A DNA stretch of 64,000 bases from positions 2,706-66,705 of the forward strand of contig DFQC01000007.1 of NCBI GenBank assembly GCA_002377585.1. The letters are read 5' to 3'. The position numbers were made by a program, and so were the translations under genes. Position 1 is the first letter of the stretch, and every line of letters starts with the position of its first letter. Shown here piece by piece: positions 37,457 to 46,248 of the stretch. The stretch is from Anaerolineales bacterium UBA3499. GTDB taxonomy: Bacteria > Chloroflexota > Anaerolineae > Anaerolineales > UBA11657. Under the pieces are notes generated by a model. It saw only the letters and a program-made list of their open reading frames with translations. It ran no database searches and was not told where the DNA came from.

Positions 37457-37861
37457 ATGATAACGATTAATATAGATACGCAACAACGTCAAGATTTAGT
37501 CAATATAACAGAAGATGTCCAAGCGTCTGTTTCCTCTTACGGTATTGATGAGGGTGTATGTGTTGTTTATTGTCCACATACAACTGGTGGTATTACTTTA
37601 AATTCGCAAATGGATCCACCAACTCTGACTGATCTTATAGAAGAAATCGATCGAATCGTACCTACACGGGTGGATTTCAAACATATCTTTGATACTCCAT
37701 CTGATGCTGCTGGCCATATTAAGGCTAGTATTATAGGTAATAGTGTCAGTGTTCCTATAAGTTTAGGTAAGCTTGCGTTAGGCTCTTCGCAAGGTATATT
37801 GTTCTGGGAGTTTGATGGTCCTCGCAACAGGAAGGTTCATTTGCAAATAATTGGAAGTTAA
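37457..37861 (+). CDS. YjbQ/UPF0047-family protein
   Basis: VVYCPHTTGGITLNS and DAAGHIKASIIG are typical of the family. 134 aa. AGGGAGG Shine-Dalgarno sequence. Confidence 0.7.
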   Translation: MITINIDTQQRQDLVNITEDVQASVSSYGIDEGVCVVYCPHTTGGITLNSQMDPPTLTDLIEEIDRIVPTRVDFKHIFDTPSDAAGHIKASIIGNSVSVPISLGKLALGSSQGILFWEFDGPRNRKVHLQIIGS

Positions 37862-37911
37862 CTGATTGATAGTTGTCATATACACGAAAAGTTTACTAAT
37901 TCAATAAAATT

Positions 37912-39072
37912 ATGATTCGATTTTGGTTTAAGCTATTTTATGCTGTGGAGTTTGTGGGTGTTGGTGTATTTATGCCCTATATAGCTATGTATTTCATTAG
38001 GAAGGATCTTACTAGTTCTGAGGTAGGATACCTTCTAGCACTTACTCCGTTTGCAGGCTTTATTGTACAGCCTGTGTGGGGTGTTATCAGCGATAAATTA
38101 AATGTAACCCGGTTGTTAGTTACTATTGGTTGCTGGGCCACGTCTGTCCTTGTACTCGCTTTTACAGTGACTGATAGATTTGAATACTTGGTTTTGGTTG
38201 TTGTGTTAATGTCTATACTCCGTGCTCCGATCCACCCAAATGTTGCTGCGTTGGCGTTAGCTCATTTGGAAGAGCGGGGCAAGCAAGACGAATATGGCAA
38301 GTTTCGTTTGTGGGGATCTATAGGATTTGTGGTTGCTACCATTTTTGCGGGTGGATTATTATTTGAAGACAATCTTACTTTGACAATTTATATCTATGCT
38401 GGAACTATGCTGGTATTAGGTGCAATTTCTTTTCAATTACCTGATCGTCACATATCTACTGAAGTTCAGTGGAAAGACGGCTTGCGCTTACTAGTAGATC
38501 ATCGCGAATTACGGGTGTTTTTGTTGGGGATAATTTGCGTTGGGCTCACATTGGGTATTACGAATCAATATTTAGTGGTTTATATGAATGAGTTAGACGC
38601 TTCAGCATGGATGATTGGTGCCACCGTAGCTGTTTCAGCTTTACCTGAAATACCGATAATGAGCTATGCTGAAACATTTATACGCAAATGGGGATTGCGT
38701 CTGACCTATGTTGTTGGAATTATTGCGTTACCCATACGTTGGTTATGCAATATGTTAGTGACCGACCCTAACATAGCGTTGCCTGTACAGGCATTGCATG
38801 GAGTAGCAATAGGTTCGCTCCTTTGTGTTGGAGTAATATATATAGATAATCTTCTACCCAGGTCTTGGCGAGCTTCAGGCCAGGCGCTTTACGTATCTAG
38901 TTTGCATGGTCTAGGTCCTTCTATAGGACTTTTCTTAGCTGGTTTATTAATGAGTTCTGGAAGCACCCGGTCTTTATGGGCCTTATGTCTTGGCGTAGGC
39001 ATCATTGGGTGTTATATTGTAAATAATGCTATGAGTGTAGGCAGCGAATCGATACCTGAGGTGGTCAATTAG
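37912..39072 (+). CDS. MFS transporter (MFS_1_like / nucleoside-H+ symporter-related type)
   Basis: About 12 hydrophobic helices. The N-terminus FKLFYAVEFVGVGVFMPYIAMYF is typical of the MFS_1_like group. Confidence 0.65.
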   Translation: MIRFWFKLFYAVEFVGVGVFMPYIAMYFIRKDLTSSEVGYLLALTPFAGFIVQPVWGVISDKLNVTRLLVTIGCWATSVLVLAFTVTDRFEYLVLVVVLMSILRAPIHPNVAALALAHLEERGKQDEYGKFRLWGSIGFVVATIFAGGLLFEDNLTLTIYIYAGTMLVLGAISFQLPDRHISTEVQWKDGLRLLVDHRELRVFLLGIICVGLTLGITNQYLVVYMNELDASAWMIGATVAVSALPEIPIMSYAETFIRKWGLRLTYVVGIIALPIRWLCNMLVTDPNIALPVQALHGVAIGSLLCVGVIYIDNLLPRSWRASGQALYVSSLHGLGPSIGLFLAGLLMSSGSTRSLWALCLGVGIIGCYIVNNAMSVGSESIPEVVN

Positions 39073-39074
39073 CT

Positions 39075-40016
39075 ATGGGACCAGAATATGTAACATTCTC
39101 TAACATTATTATTGATGATATAGTCCTTTGGGATGGGTCAACACATATGAGTGTACTTGGGGGTTCTGGTACGCATGCATTGATTGGTATGCGCGTATGG
39201 TCTCAGTCTTTGGGGTTTGTGGCTTCAGTAGGTAAAGATATTTCACAATCCGTGTACAAAGATAGTCTTGATGCACTAGGTGGTGTAGATCTAAGAGCTA
39301 TTGTGGTTAGGGAAAACTATCAAACCGCTAGAGCTTGGCAGTTGTTTGAGCAGGACGGGAAGCGAACTGAAATTATGCGCACGGATATCAATGAATTTAT
39401 TGAGAATGAACCTACTTATGAGGAAATGCCGGTTGATTATCGTAACGCAAAGGGTTTTCATCTCATATGGGGGCGTGATCTAAAAGAATTGAGTGGTCTG
39501 ATTTCTAATTTGCGTAAGACTAATCCTTCAACCTGTTTGCTATGGGAACCATCACCGGACCATATGAGATGTGATTTAACTGAATATAAAGAGATACTTC
39601 ATCGGATAAATATTTTTTCTCCAGACATAGATCAAGCAAAAGAGCTAACAGGTTTAGAGGACGTATCTGAAATGACATCAGTATTTATAGGCTGGGGAGC
39701 AAAAATTGTTGCGATTCGTATGGGTGCGCAGGGATCGTATTTGGCCACTAATGATGGTGGTGCTTGGCATATTCCAGCTGTTGCAAAAAAGATAGTTGAT
39801 GTCACTGGAGCAGGTAATGCCTATTGTGGAGGAATGTTAGTTGGTGTTGCTAATGGTATTGATTTGCCAGAGGCAGCACTACGTGCGTCAGTTAGCGCAA
39901 GCTTTGCTCTTGAGCAGTTTGGTGTGCCTAAATTTATCGACAAATTAGAGGATGAAACTATGTCAAGATTGATGTGGGCTAGGAATAATATGAATGACAT
40001 AAATATTGCTTCCTGA
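39075..40016 (+). CDS. PfkB-family protein K5 with GAGN motif (paralog of K3)
   Basis: DVTGAGNAYCGGM and N-terminus FSNIIIDDIVLWDG...GGSGTHALIG, parallel to K3. Confidence 0.7.
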   Translation: MGPEYVTFSNIIIDDIVLWDGSTHMSVLGGSGTHALIGMRVWSQSLGFVASVGKDISQSVYKDSLDALGGVDLRAIVVRENYQTARAWQLFEQDGKRTEIMRTDINEFIENEPTYEEMPVDYRNAKGFHLIWGRDLKELSGLISNLRKTNPSTCLLWEPSPDHMRCDLTEYKEILHRINIFSPDIDQAKELTGLEDVSEMTSVFIGWGAKIVAIRMGAQGSYLATNDGGAWHIPAVAKKIVDVTGAGNAYCGGMLVGVANGIDLPEAALRASVSASFALEQFGVPKFIDKLEDETMSRLMWARNNMNDINIAS

Positions 40017-40041
40017 TCAACACCTAGTATAATTTATACTT

Positions 40042-40986
40042 ATGATTAGTACTCGTAATCTTACCAAAACATATCCTGAAGTTGAAGCAGTGAAGTCGGT
40101 CACTTTGAATGTCCGGTCTGGCGAGGTGTATGGATTCTTAGGACCGAATGGTGCTGGCAAAAGCACTACTATGGCTATGCTATTAGGATTAATAAAGCCT
40201 ACCTCAGGCGAACTATCACTTTTTGGCACCTCGCTCCAAGATGATTATTTTGCTATAAAAAATGCAATTGGTGTGGTTGGTGAGAACCCATACTTTTTTG
40301 ATGAGATGACTGCCTGGGAATTCCTCTCATTTCATGCAGATATTTTTATGGTGGAAGGTAAAGAAAATAGAATCAATGAACTCATGGAGACTGTTGGACT
40401 TAGACAATACGCAAATATAAGACCAAGTGAATATTCGCGCGGTATGCGTCAAAAGCTTAGTTTTGTTAGAGCTCTTTTACACAAACCTGATTTACTAATG
40501 TTGGATGAGCCTGTGTCTGGTCTGGATCCACATGGTATAAGACAGATACGGGGGTTAATTGAGGAGCAGAAGAAGTCAGGCACTACTATTTTTATTTCCT
40601 CACATATTTTGTCAGAAATTGAACGGACTGCTGATCGTATTGCCATTATGCATAAAGGTAAGTTGTTAGTGGAGGATAATTTAGATGGACTTCGCTATTC
40701 TGTCGATCAATCTGTTCGAGTGAATGTTGAAGTAGCTAATGTGCCAGAGGCGCTTTCTAGAATACTTTCAAAAATTCCACATATTGTTGATCATAATATA
40801 GATGGTCAACACATTGAAATTCGTCTAGATGCAAGCTCAGATTATCGTGCAGAGTTGTCGTCGGCAATCACTGCGTCTGGGGCTACAATAATTGGTATGG
40901 AGACTAGAAAGGCAAGTCTAGAGGAAACCTTCATGACTTTCACAGATGACAATGTGATAGGGCTGTCAAAGGGTGAAGTGCAATGA
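40042..40986 (+). CDS. ABC transporter ATP-binding protein (ABC-2/DrrA-type)
   Basis: Walker A GPNGAGKSTT, signature-like YSRGMRQKL, and Walker B LLMLDEP. Confidence 0.85.
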   Translation: MISTRNLTKTYPEVEAVKSVTLNVRSGEVYGFLGPNGAGKSTTMAMLLGLIKPTSGELSLFGTSLQDDYFAIKNAIGVVGENPYFFDEMTAWEFLSFHADIFMVEGKENRINELMETVGLRQYANIRPSEYSRGMRQKLSFVRALLHKPDLLMLDEPVSGLDPHGIRQIRGLIEEQKKSGTTIFISSHILSEIERTADRIAIMHKGKLLVEDNLDGLRYSVDQSVRVNVEVANVPEALSRILSKIPHIVDHNIDGQHIEIRLDASSDYRAELSSAITASGATIIGMETRKASLEETFMTFTDDNVIGLSKGEVQ

Positions 40987-41825
40987 GCGATACTAGTAAG
41001 ATCTATAAACAAATACAGACAGCCATGACAATACATAGGCGCGATTTTCGCATCGCTGTTTTCGGACCTATTATTTATATAATGTCTACCATATCAATCA
41101 CAATCGGTATAGTAATTATAAGAAATTATCTCAGCTATATTGAGTCTAATGGTTTGTACCCGATGCCTGATTTGTTTTCTTTTCCTTATCGATGGGTCAT
41201 CATATTGACAGGTGTGTATCTTGCGTTTTCGGCAGTGGTTGCTATTGCTCGCGAAAGAGAGAGTGGAGCAATGGAGTTGTTATTCTACGGACCTGTTGAC
41301 AACGTGTCCTATGTTATTGGTAAATACTCGGCACAGCTTATTGTATATTGTTTGCTTATTATCCTATACTTAGTATGTTTTTTTATAATATCTAATATAG
41401 CTGGAGTACAAATACCAGCAAGCTTTTTTATGATGATGCTTCTATCCTTGTTCACAGGTGCATATCTGATATCGGTGGGAGTATTTGTATCAACAATATC
41501 AAAGAGTGTACGGTCTGCTACGCTTGTATTTTTAACTTTGATTGCAAGCACTTTGCTCATTCAGGCATCCCAGGCTTGGTTGTCAAATGTGGCTCCGGAG
41601 TCAGATTACTATAATCCAGTACTCTTGTTACAGCAGTTGCTTGGTTGGGTTCAGGTTGTGTTAACTTGGCTGTCTCCATTTTCATACCTCAATTATGGTG
41701 TGAATGAAATGTTGCGTGGTAATATGATTGCATTTCTGAGAGTGTTAGGATTATCATTTGTGTTTTGTATGACATTTATTGTTAGCAGTATTATCGGTCT
41801 AAAGATTCGTGGAGTACGTCAATGA
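40983..41825 (+). CDS. ABC-2-type permease
   Basis: Six hydrophobic helices, 280 aa. It is translationally coupled by 4-nt overlaps on both sides. Confidence 0.7.
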   Translation: MSDTSKIYKQIQTAMTIHRRDFRIAVFGPIIYIMSTISITIGIVIIRNYLSYIESNGLYPMPDLFSFPYRWVIILTGVYLAFSAVVAIARERESGAMELLFYGPVDNVSYVIGKYSAQLIVYCLLIILYLVCFFIISNIAGVQIPASFFMMMLLSLFTGAYLISVGVFVSTISKSVRSATLVFLTLIASTLLIQASQAWLSNVAPESDYYNPVLLLQQLLGWVQVVLTWLSPFSYLNYGVNEMLRGNMIAFLRVLGLSFVFCMTFIVSSIIGLKIRGVRQ

Positions 41826-43318
41826 GAAAGTTCATTGCACCTATATTATTATCATTGTTTGGATTGATGACTATGGATACAAATGTGCGTATAGTAGCTG
41901 CTGAAACTAATGATGATGATAAAAGGGATTTGCCCGGTTTGGTTGACAAGACAGAAAAGCGGGAAGAGTTTGTTTACGGTGTTAATGCTTATAATGGTAC
42001 TTTATATCAAGGGGTTTTTCATCCACCTAGTGTTGATACAATATATTTACTCGCGGATACAATCAACATAATTTCTCCTCGTAAAACCCTGATTTATTAT
42101 TGGGCTGTTACAAACGAATACAAGGCTGATTTTGATAGTATGAATGAAGACCTACCAGGTGCTTTGGAGATAAGATTGAATGGCAATCTTGTACTCACAG
42201 TTGAGCCTACAGATTATGTCATTCAGTATCCTGAGGGAATTACACAAGGAGCAGCAGAAGTATATTTGGGTGGGGCTGCACAACGAAAATATGGTGAGTG
42301 GGAAGAAGCTCTGAAAGCATACCGATTGGAGGTTTCGGAATACTATGAGGCTTCACGTAATTGGCGTACTGAGCTAACTGACCGTGTTCAATCAGGAGAA
42401 GTCACTTCGGAAGATGATGTGCTTGTATCCCAACCTATGAGACCCGCTGATTTTCTGTACTCTAGTACTAAAGTCTTTCGAGGAGTACCGCTGAATTTGC
42501 CTTCTGGCAAATATGACATACAAATGCGCAATGATGAGGGAAAAATAGTAGCCGACAGCGTAAAGAAGCTCGTTGTATTTCAATCAGATAGAGTTGGTGT
42601 AGGATACACTGTTATTCCTGAAGATAAATGGACTACTCCAGAGCAAACATATAATCCCGGTGAGATGTTATATGTTCGATCTAATAACACACTTTACCTA
42701 GAACCTTTTTTCGAAAGTGAATACAACGAACAATATTTCACTCACTTGGAAGCACCACAAGCTCCGAATTTTGTGAACTCTGATTGGAAATGGGTTAAGG
42801 AGGATAACTTTAAAATCTCGGGTTCATCTAGGTGGGGAAGATCAGGAGATGCTGCTGATGTCACTTTTATTGGAGAACGTCGCCCTGGAAGACATATAAA
42901 TGACGAAGGCATAGGATATGATATGCAAGTCATCGAAAGAGGTATGATACAGGATCCAATTGAGTTTGAAGATTATATGGTTCGTCAGAATCCAGGTCAG
43001 GCACTAGGTTACGAAATTCTCGAGGCAATGGAAGGATTGTCTCAAGGGATGCGTGAACGCGCACCTGATTTTTCAGCATTTGAAATAGTTGTTCGGAGAT
43101 CGCTTCAAGATCTTCAAGTGAATTTACAGGGAGATGACGGTGCTATTCTAGGTGGTAGTACTAGAACAGTAGATGTGGTCAGGGGAACTGGATCCACCAA
43201 TCTTTTTCTTGCTTTGATTCTGCCAATTGCACTAGGAATACTAATGGTTGGATATAGACGATACAGCTTAAAGATACATCGAGAGAAACTTGCGTCCGCA
43301 ACAATAGAAAATAGTTGA
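41822..43318 (+). CDS. Hypothetical exported protein with C-terminal membrane anchor (498 aa)
   Basis: N-terminal signal-like helix (ILLSLFGLMTM) and a C-terminal helix NLFLALILPIALGILMVGY followed by RRY. I recognised no motif. It is coupled to the ABC-2 permease. Confidence 0.5.
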   Translation: MRKFIAPILLSLFGLMTMDTNVRIVAAETNDDDKRDLPGLVDKTEKREEFVYGVNAYNGTLYQGVFHPPSVDTIYLLADTINIISPRKTLIYYWAVTNEYKADFDSMNEDLPGALEIRLNGNLVLTVEPTDYVIQYPEGITQGAAEVYLGGAAQRKYGEWEEALKAYRLEVSEYYEASRNWRTELTDRVQSGEVTSEDDVLVSQPMRPADFLYSSTKVFRGVPLNLPSGKYDIQMRNDEGKIVADSVKKLVVFQSDRVGVGYTVIPEDKWTTPEQTYNPGEMLYVRSNNTLYLEPFFESEYNEQYFTHLEAPQAPNFVNSDWKWVKEDNFKISGSSRWGRSGDAADVTFIGERRPGRHINDEGIGYDMQVIERGMIQDPIEFEDYMVRQNPGQALGYEILEAMEGLSQGMRERAPDFSAFEIVVRRSLQDLQVNLQGDDGAILGGSTRTVDVVRGTGSTNLFLALILPIALGILMVGYRRYSLKIHREKLASATIENS

Positions 43319-43400
43319 CAACTATAATTCTAAAATTTTAACCATCATCAAATCAATATAATTTGGTTTGGCACCTATGTGTCCGTAATGAAATGTTGAT

Positions 43401-43435
43401 TTGACTTTTTTGGCCACAATGACAAATATTTGTCA
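43401..43435 (+). promoter_or_regulatory. Candidate promoter with overlapping perfect 16-bp palindromic operator
   Basis: TTGACT (43401..43406) is followed, with a 17-18 nt spacer, by aaatat/aatatt. The perfect palindrome tgacaaatatttgtca (43420..43435) ends immediately before the ATG at 43436. No Shine-Dalgarno sequence is present, so the mRNA may be leaderless. Confidence 0.35.
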
Positions 43436-44383
43436 ATGAAACTATTAACTATCAGTGATTTGTGTGCAGATTTAGTGGTTCCCATTGACGAGTTACCATT
43501 ACGTCCAGGTAAACATCAGCTATCTAATCAGCGTTTGTTTGTAGCTGGAGGAACTAGTAATACTTTAATAGTTGCTGCTCGTTTGGGTTTGGATACACAT
43601 GCAGTAGGTGCAGTGGGTGATGATTGGTTGGGAAAAATGGTACTACAACAACTACGTGATGAAAATGTGTCGACCAATCATGTACAGGTTGTTCCTGATG
43701 CCACCACTACTTTATCTGTAGAGTTAGTAGACAATAGGGCACGACATGTTTTTGTTGGCGCTTTAGGTGAAGGTACAACTGTAGAACTATCGACCGATAT
43801 AGATACCATATTGTCTGATATAGAAGCTGTGTTTTGTACTAGTTATGCATTGGCTAGTCATTCGCTTTTTAGTTGTTTGGATAGTTTGGATATTCTCAAA
43901 TATGCTCATAGATGTGCAGTACCGACTTTTTTTGATTTGGGTCCTGCTGCGTTTTCAATGGATCGGGAAATTGTTGAGCAAGCAATAAATGTTAGTACTG
44001 TTGTATTCACTACTATGGAGGAACTAATTGGTTGGACAGGAAGTAGTGACAAGATACAGGCTACCAACGAGATTTTTGGTGTAGGAGCTGAGATAGTGGT
44101 CATAAAATGTGGTAAGGAAGGTTGTCTTATAATGTCTTCCGACGAAGACATTATGTTAGACGGTTTTGAAGTTACAGTCTGTGATACTGCTGGTGCTGGT
44201 GATGCATTTGCTGGCGCGTTTATCTTTGGGTATTTAAACAAATACAGTCTTACTGAATCTGGTACTATAGCTAATGCTGCTGGAGCTATTACAGTAACTC
44301 GTGTCGGTACTGGCCCTTATGTTGCACAGTGTGTTGAGATATTTGATATGCTAGAGTCGTATGGTGTAACATTCAGCGAATAA
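43436..44383 (+). CDS. PfkB/ribokinase-family kinase K6
   Basis: LLTISDLCADLVV N-terminus and DTAGAGDAFAGAF motif. I prefer the ATG at 43436 over the TTG at 43430. Confidence 0.8.
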   Translation: MKLLTISDLCADLVVPIDELPLRPGKHQLSNQRLFVAGGTSNTLIVAARLGLDTHAVGAVGDDWLGKMVLQQLRDENVSTNHVQVVPDATTTLSVELVDNRARHVFVGALGEGTTVELSTDIDTILSDIEAVFCTSYALASHSLFSCLDSLDILKYAHRCAVPTFFDLGPAAFSMDREIVEQAINVSTVVFTTMEELIGWTGSSDKIQATNEIFGVGAEIVVIKCGKEGCLIMSSDEDIMLDGFEVTVCDTAGAGDAFAGAFIFGYLNKYSLTESGTIANAAGAITVTRVGTGPYVAQCVEIFDMLESYGVTFSE

Positions 44384-44424
44384 ACTGTTGCGATTCTTAC
44401 AACAAAATTGTGAGGTTCAATAAT

Positions 44425-45477
44425 ATGGAAATTGCATATAGTATTCCGAAAAGTGAACTACATTTACATCTTGACGGGTCGTTGGACACAGGATTTATCG
44501 CGGCGTGCGCCGCAAATAGAGGTATAGAATTACCGGTTGAACCCGCAGATGTTAGAGAATATTTACATGATTTGAAGAGCAAACGATCGCATATTGCTAG
44601 TAAAGTGTCAGGTTCTTCAAATTGGTCAAACTTTGATTTTTGTAATCAATTTTTACAGACGACAGATGAACTTAGAGAGGCTACGTTTTCTCTATGTGAG
44701 ACTTTAATCGCTGATAATGTGGTGCTAGCTGAGATTCGTTTTTGTCCGGAACTTCACACTAATGAGGATTTGACAGTAAATGATGCTGTTGATGCTGTGG
44801 TGTCTGGCTTTCGCGAAGCGGAGCAAACTTTAAATATGAGAGGTGGTGTGATTGTTTGTGCATTGCGCTCCTACCCTGTAGAACACACACTTGAAATGGT
44901 GGAATTAGCATCAGCTTGGCTTGGTCAAGGAGTCATAGGATTTGACATAGCTGGTGATGAGGGTGCTTTTGCATTAGATATACATGCATCTGGTATAAAA
45001 GAGGCTCTGCGTAGGAATGTACCAATGACTTTACATGCAGGAGAATGGCCGGAAGATACTGTCAAAAACATAAAATTGGCTGTAGATTTAGGTGCGGATC
45101 GCATAGGTCATGGGGTTACTCTATGTCAGGATCCTAAACTCATGAAGCTAGTGGCAGAAAAGGGTATTACTGTCGAATGCTGTTTGACAAGTAATGTGGG
45201 ATGGAAGGTGCCATCTTATGGAGTTCATCCTATCAGAAATATGTTCGAAGCAGGAGTAAAAGTTTGTATAAATTCGGACAATTTGTTGTTATCGGGAACT
45301 TTCGATCGTGCTGCATACTCAAGTGGAGAAGTACAACGATTAGTAGACGATGTCGGTTTTAGTTGGGAGCAAGCGAGACAGGTTTTGCTTAATGGTGTTA
45401 AGGGTTCTTTTAGTGCCGGAGTAGATGAAGATTGGATTTCTCAATATGAACAAAGATTGGATGAAATTTTGCCGTAG
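44425..45477 (+). CDS. add: Adenosine/adenine-deaminase-family protein (variant TDD motif)
   Basis: SELHLHLDGSL, GFDIAGDE, LHAGE and RIGHG are present. The usual (S/T)DDP reads INSDNLL, so the second Asp is replaced by Asn. The ATG at 44425 has a GAGG Shine-Dalgarno sequence. Confidence 0.75.
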   Translation: MEIAYSIPKSELHLHLDGSLDTGFIAACAANRGIELPVEPADVREYLHDLKSKRSHIASKVSGSSNWSNFDFCNQFLQTTDELREATFSLCETLIADNVVLAEIRFCPELHTNEDLTVNDAVDAVVSGFREAEQTLNMRGGVIVCALRSYPVEHTLEMVELASAWLGQGVIGFDIAGDEGAFALDIHASGIKEALRRNVPMTLHAGEWPEDTVKNIKLAVDLGADRIGHGVTLCQDPKLMKLVAEKGITVECCLTSNVGWKVPSYGVHPIRNMFEAGVKVCINSDNLLLSGTFDRAAYSSGEVQRLVDDVGFSWEQARQVLLNGVKGSFSAGVDEDWISQYEQRLDEILP

Positions 45478-45507
45478 ATACTCAATCAAGTAGGTTTAGC
45501 TAAAATC

Positions 45508-46200
45508 ATGGATCATTTCAAGAATATTTATAGCAATATGGCATGTGAATATCATCGTATGATTGAATATGAAGATGTTGATGGCAATCTATATGATTGC
45601 ATTGACAAACTTCTGACTGCAGATGTTAGTAGGGTTCTGGACATAGGAAGTGGAACTGGAAGAATCCCATTGTTGTTGTCGGACCCAAGATTTACTGTTG
45701 TTGGACTAGATTTGTACTGGGAAATGCTAAAAGAAAATGTGCGTCAGCGCAGTTTGTCTGCTGGTTCGTGGTTGCTGTCGCAGGGCAGCGCAGAAGCGCT
45801 TCCAATGTCACCAGATTGTTTTGATGTTTTAACTGCAGGCTGGGTGTTGGGGCACACATGCAGCTGGCACTCGGATTGGCAAACAGAGCTGGATATAGTA
45901 TTAAAAGAAATGCATCGTGTGGTTCGCGATCAAGGGGTTATAATAATCATGGAGACTCTGACTACTGGTAGTGTCATACCTTCTCCACCAACAGCAGAAT
46001 TGTCAGACTATTATGATTGGCTTGAAAACTCATGGGCCTTTTCTCGGCAGGAAATTAGAACAGACTATAGGTTTCCTGATGTGAAGGAAGCAATTAGCAA
46101 TACTGAGTTTTTTTTCGGAGAACAACTTAGTAGTATGATTGTTGACAATAATTGGAGCCGTGTTCCAGAATGTACAGGCATTTGGAGTAAAATTGTATAA
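45508..46200 (+). CDS. Class I SAM-dependent methyltransferase
   Basis: VLDIGSGTGRIPLLL (motif I). 230 aa. Confidence 0.7.
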   Translation: MDHFKNIYSNMACEYHRMIEYEDVDGNLYDCIDKLLTADVSRVLDIGSGTGRIPLLLSDPRFTVVGLDLYWEMLKENVRQRSLSAGSWLLSQGSAEALPMSPDCFDVLTAGWVLGHTCSWHSDWQTELDIVLKEMHRVVRDQGVIIIMETLTTGSVIPSPPTAELSDYYDWLENSWAFSRQEIRTDYRFPDVKEAISNTEFFFGEQLSSMIVDNNWSRVPECTGIWSKIV

Positions 46201-46248
46201 GAATATTCATTGTAGTTTGGCAAACTCACCTAAGGCTTGGGTAATTAT

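Noticed and set aside
40042-40986. Taking this ATPase as the missing ATPase of the CUT1 importer at 23387..26913
   Set aside because: It is DrrA/ABC-2-type (314 aa, no MalK-like regulatory domain recognisable). It is translationally coupled to its own ABC-2 permease and lies 13 kb away.
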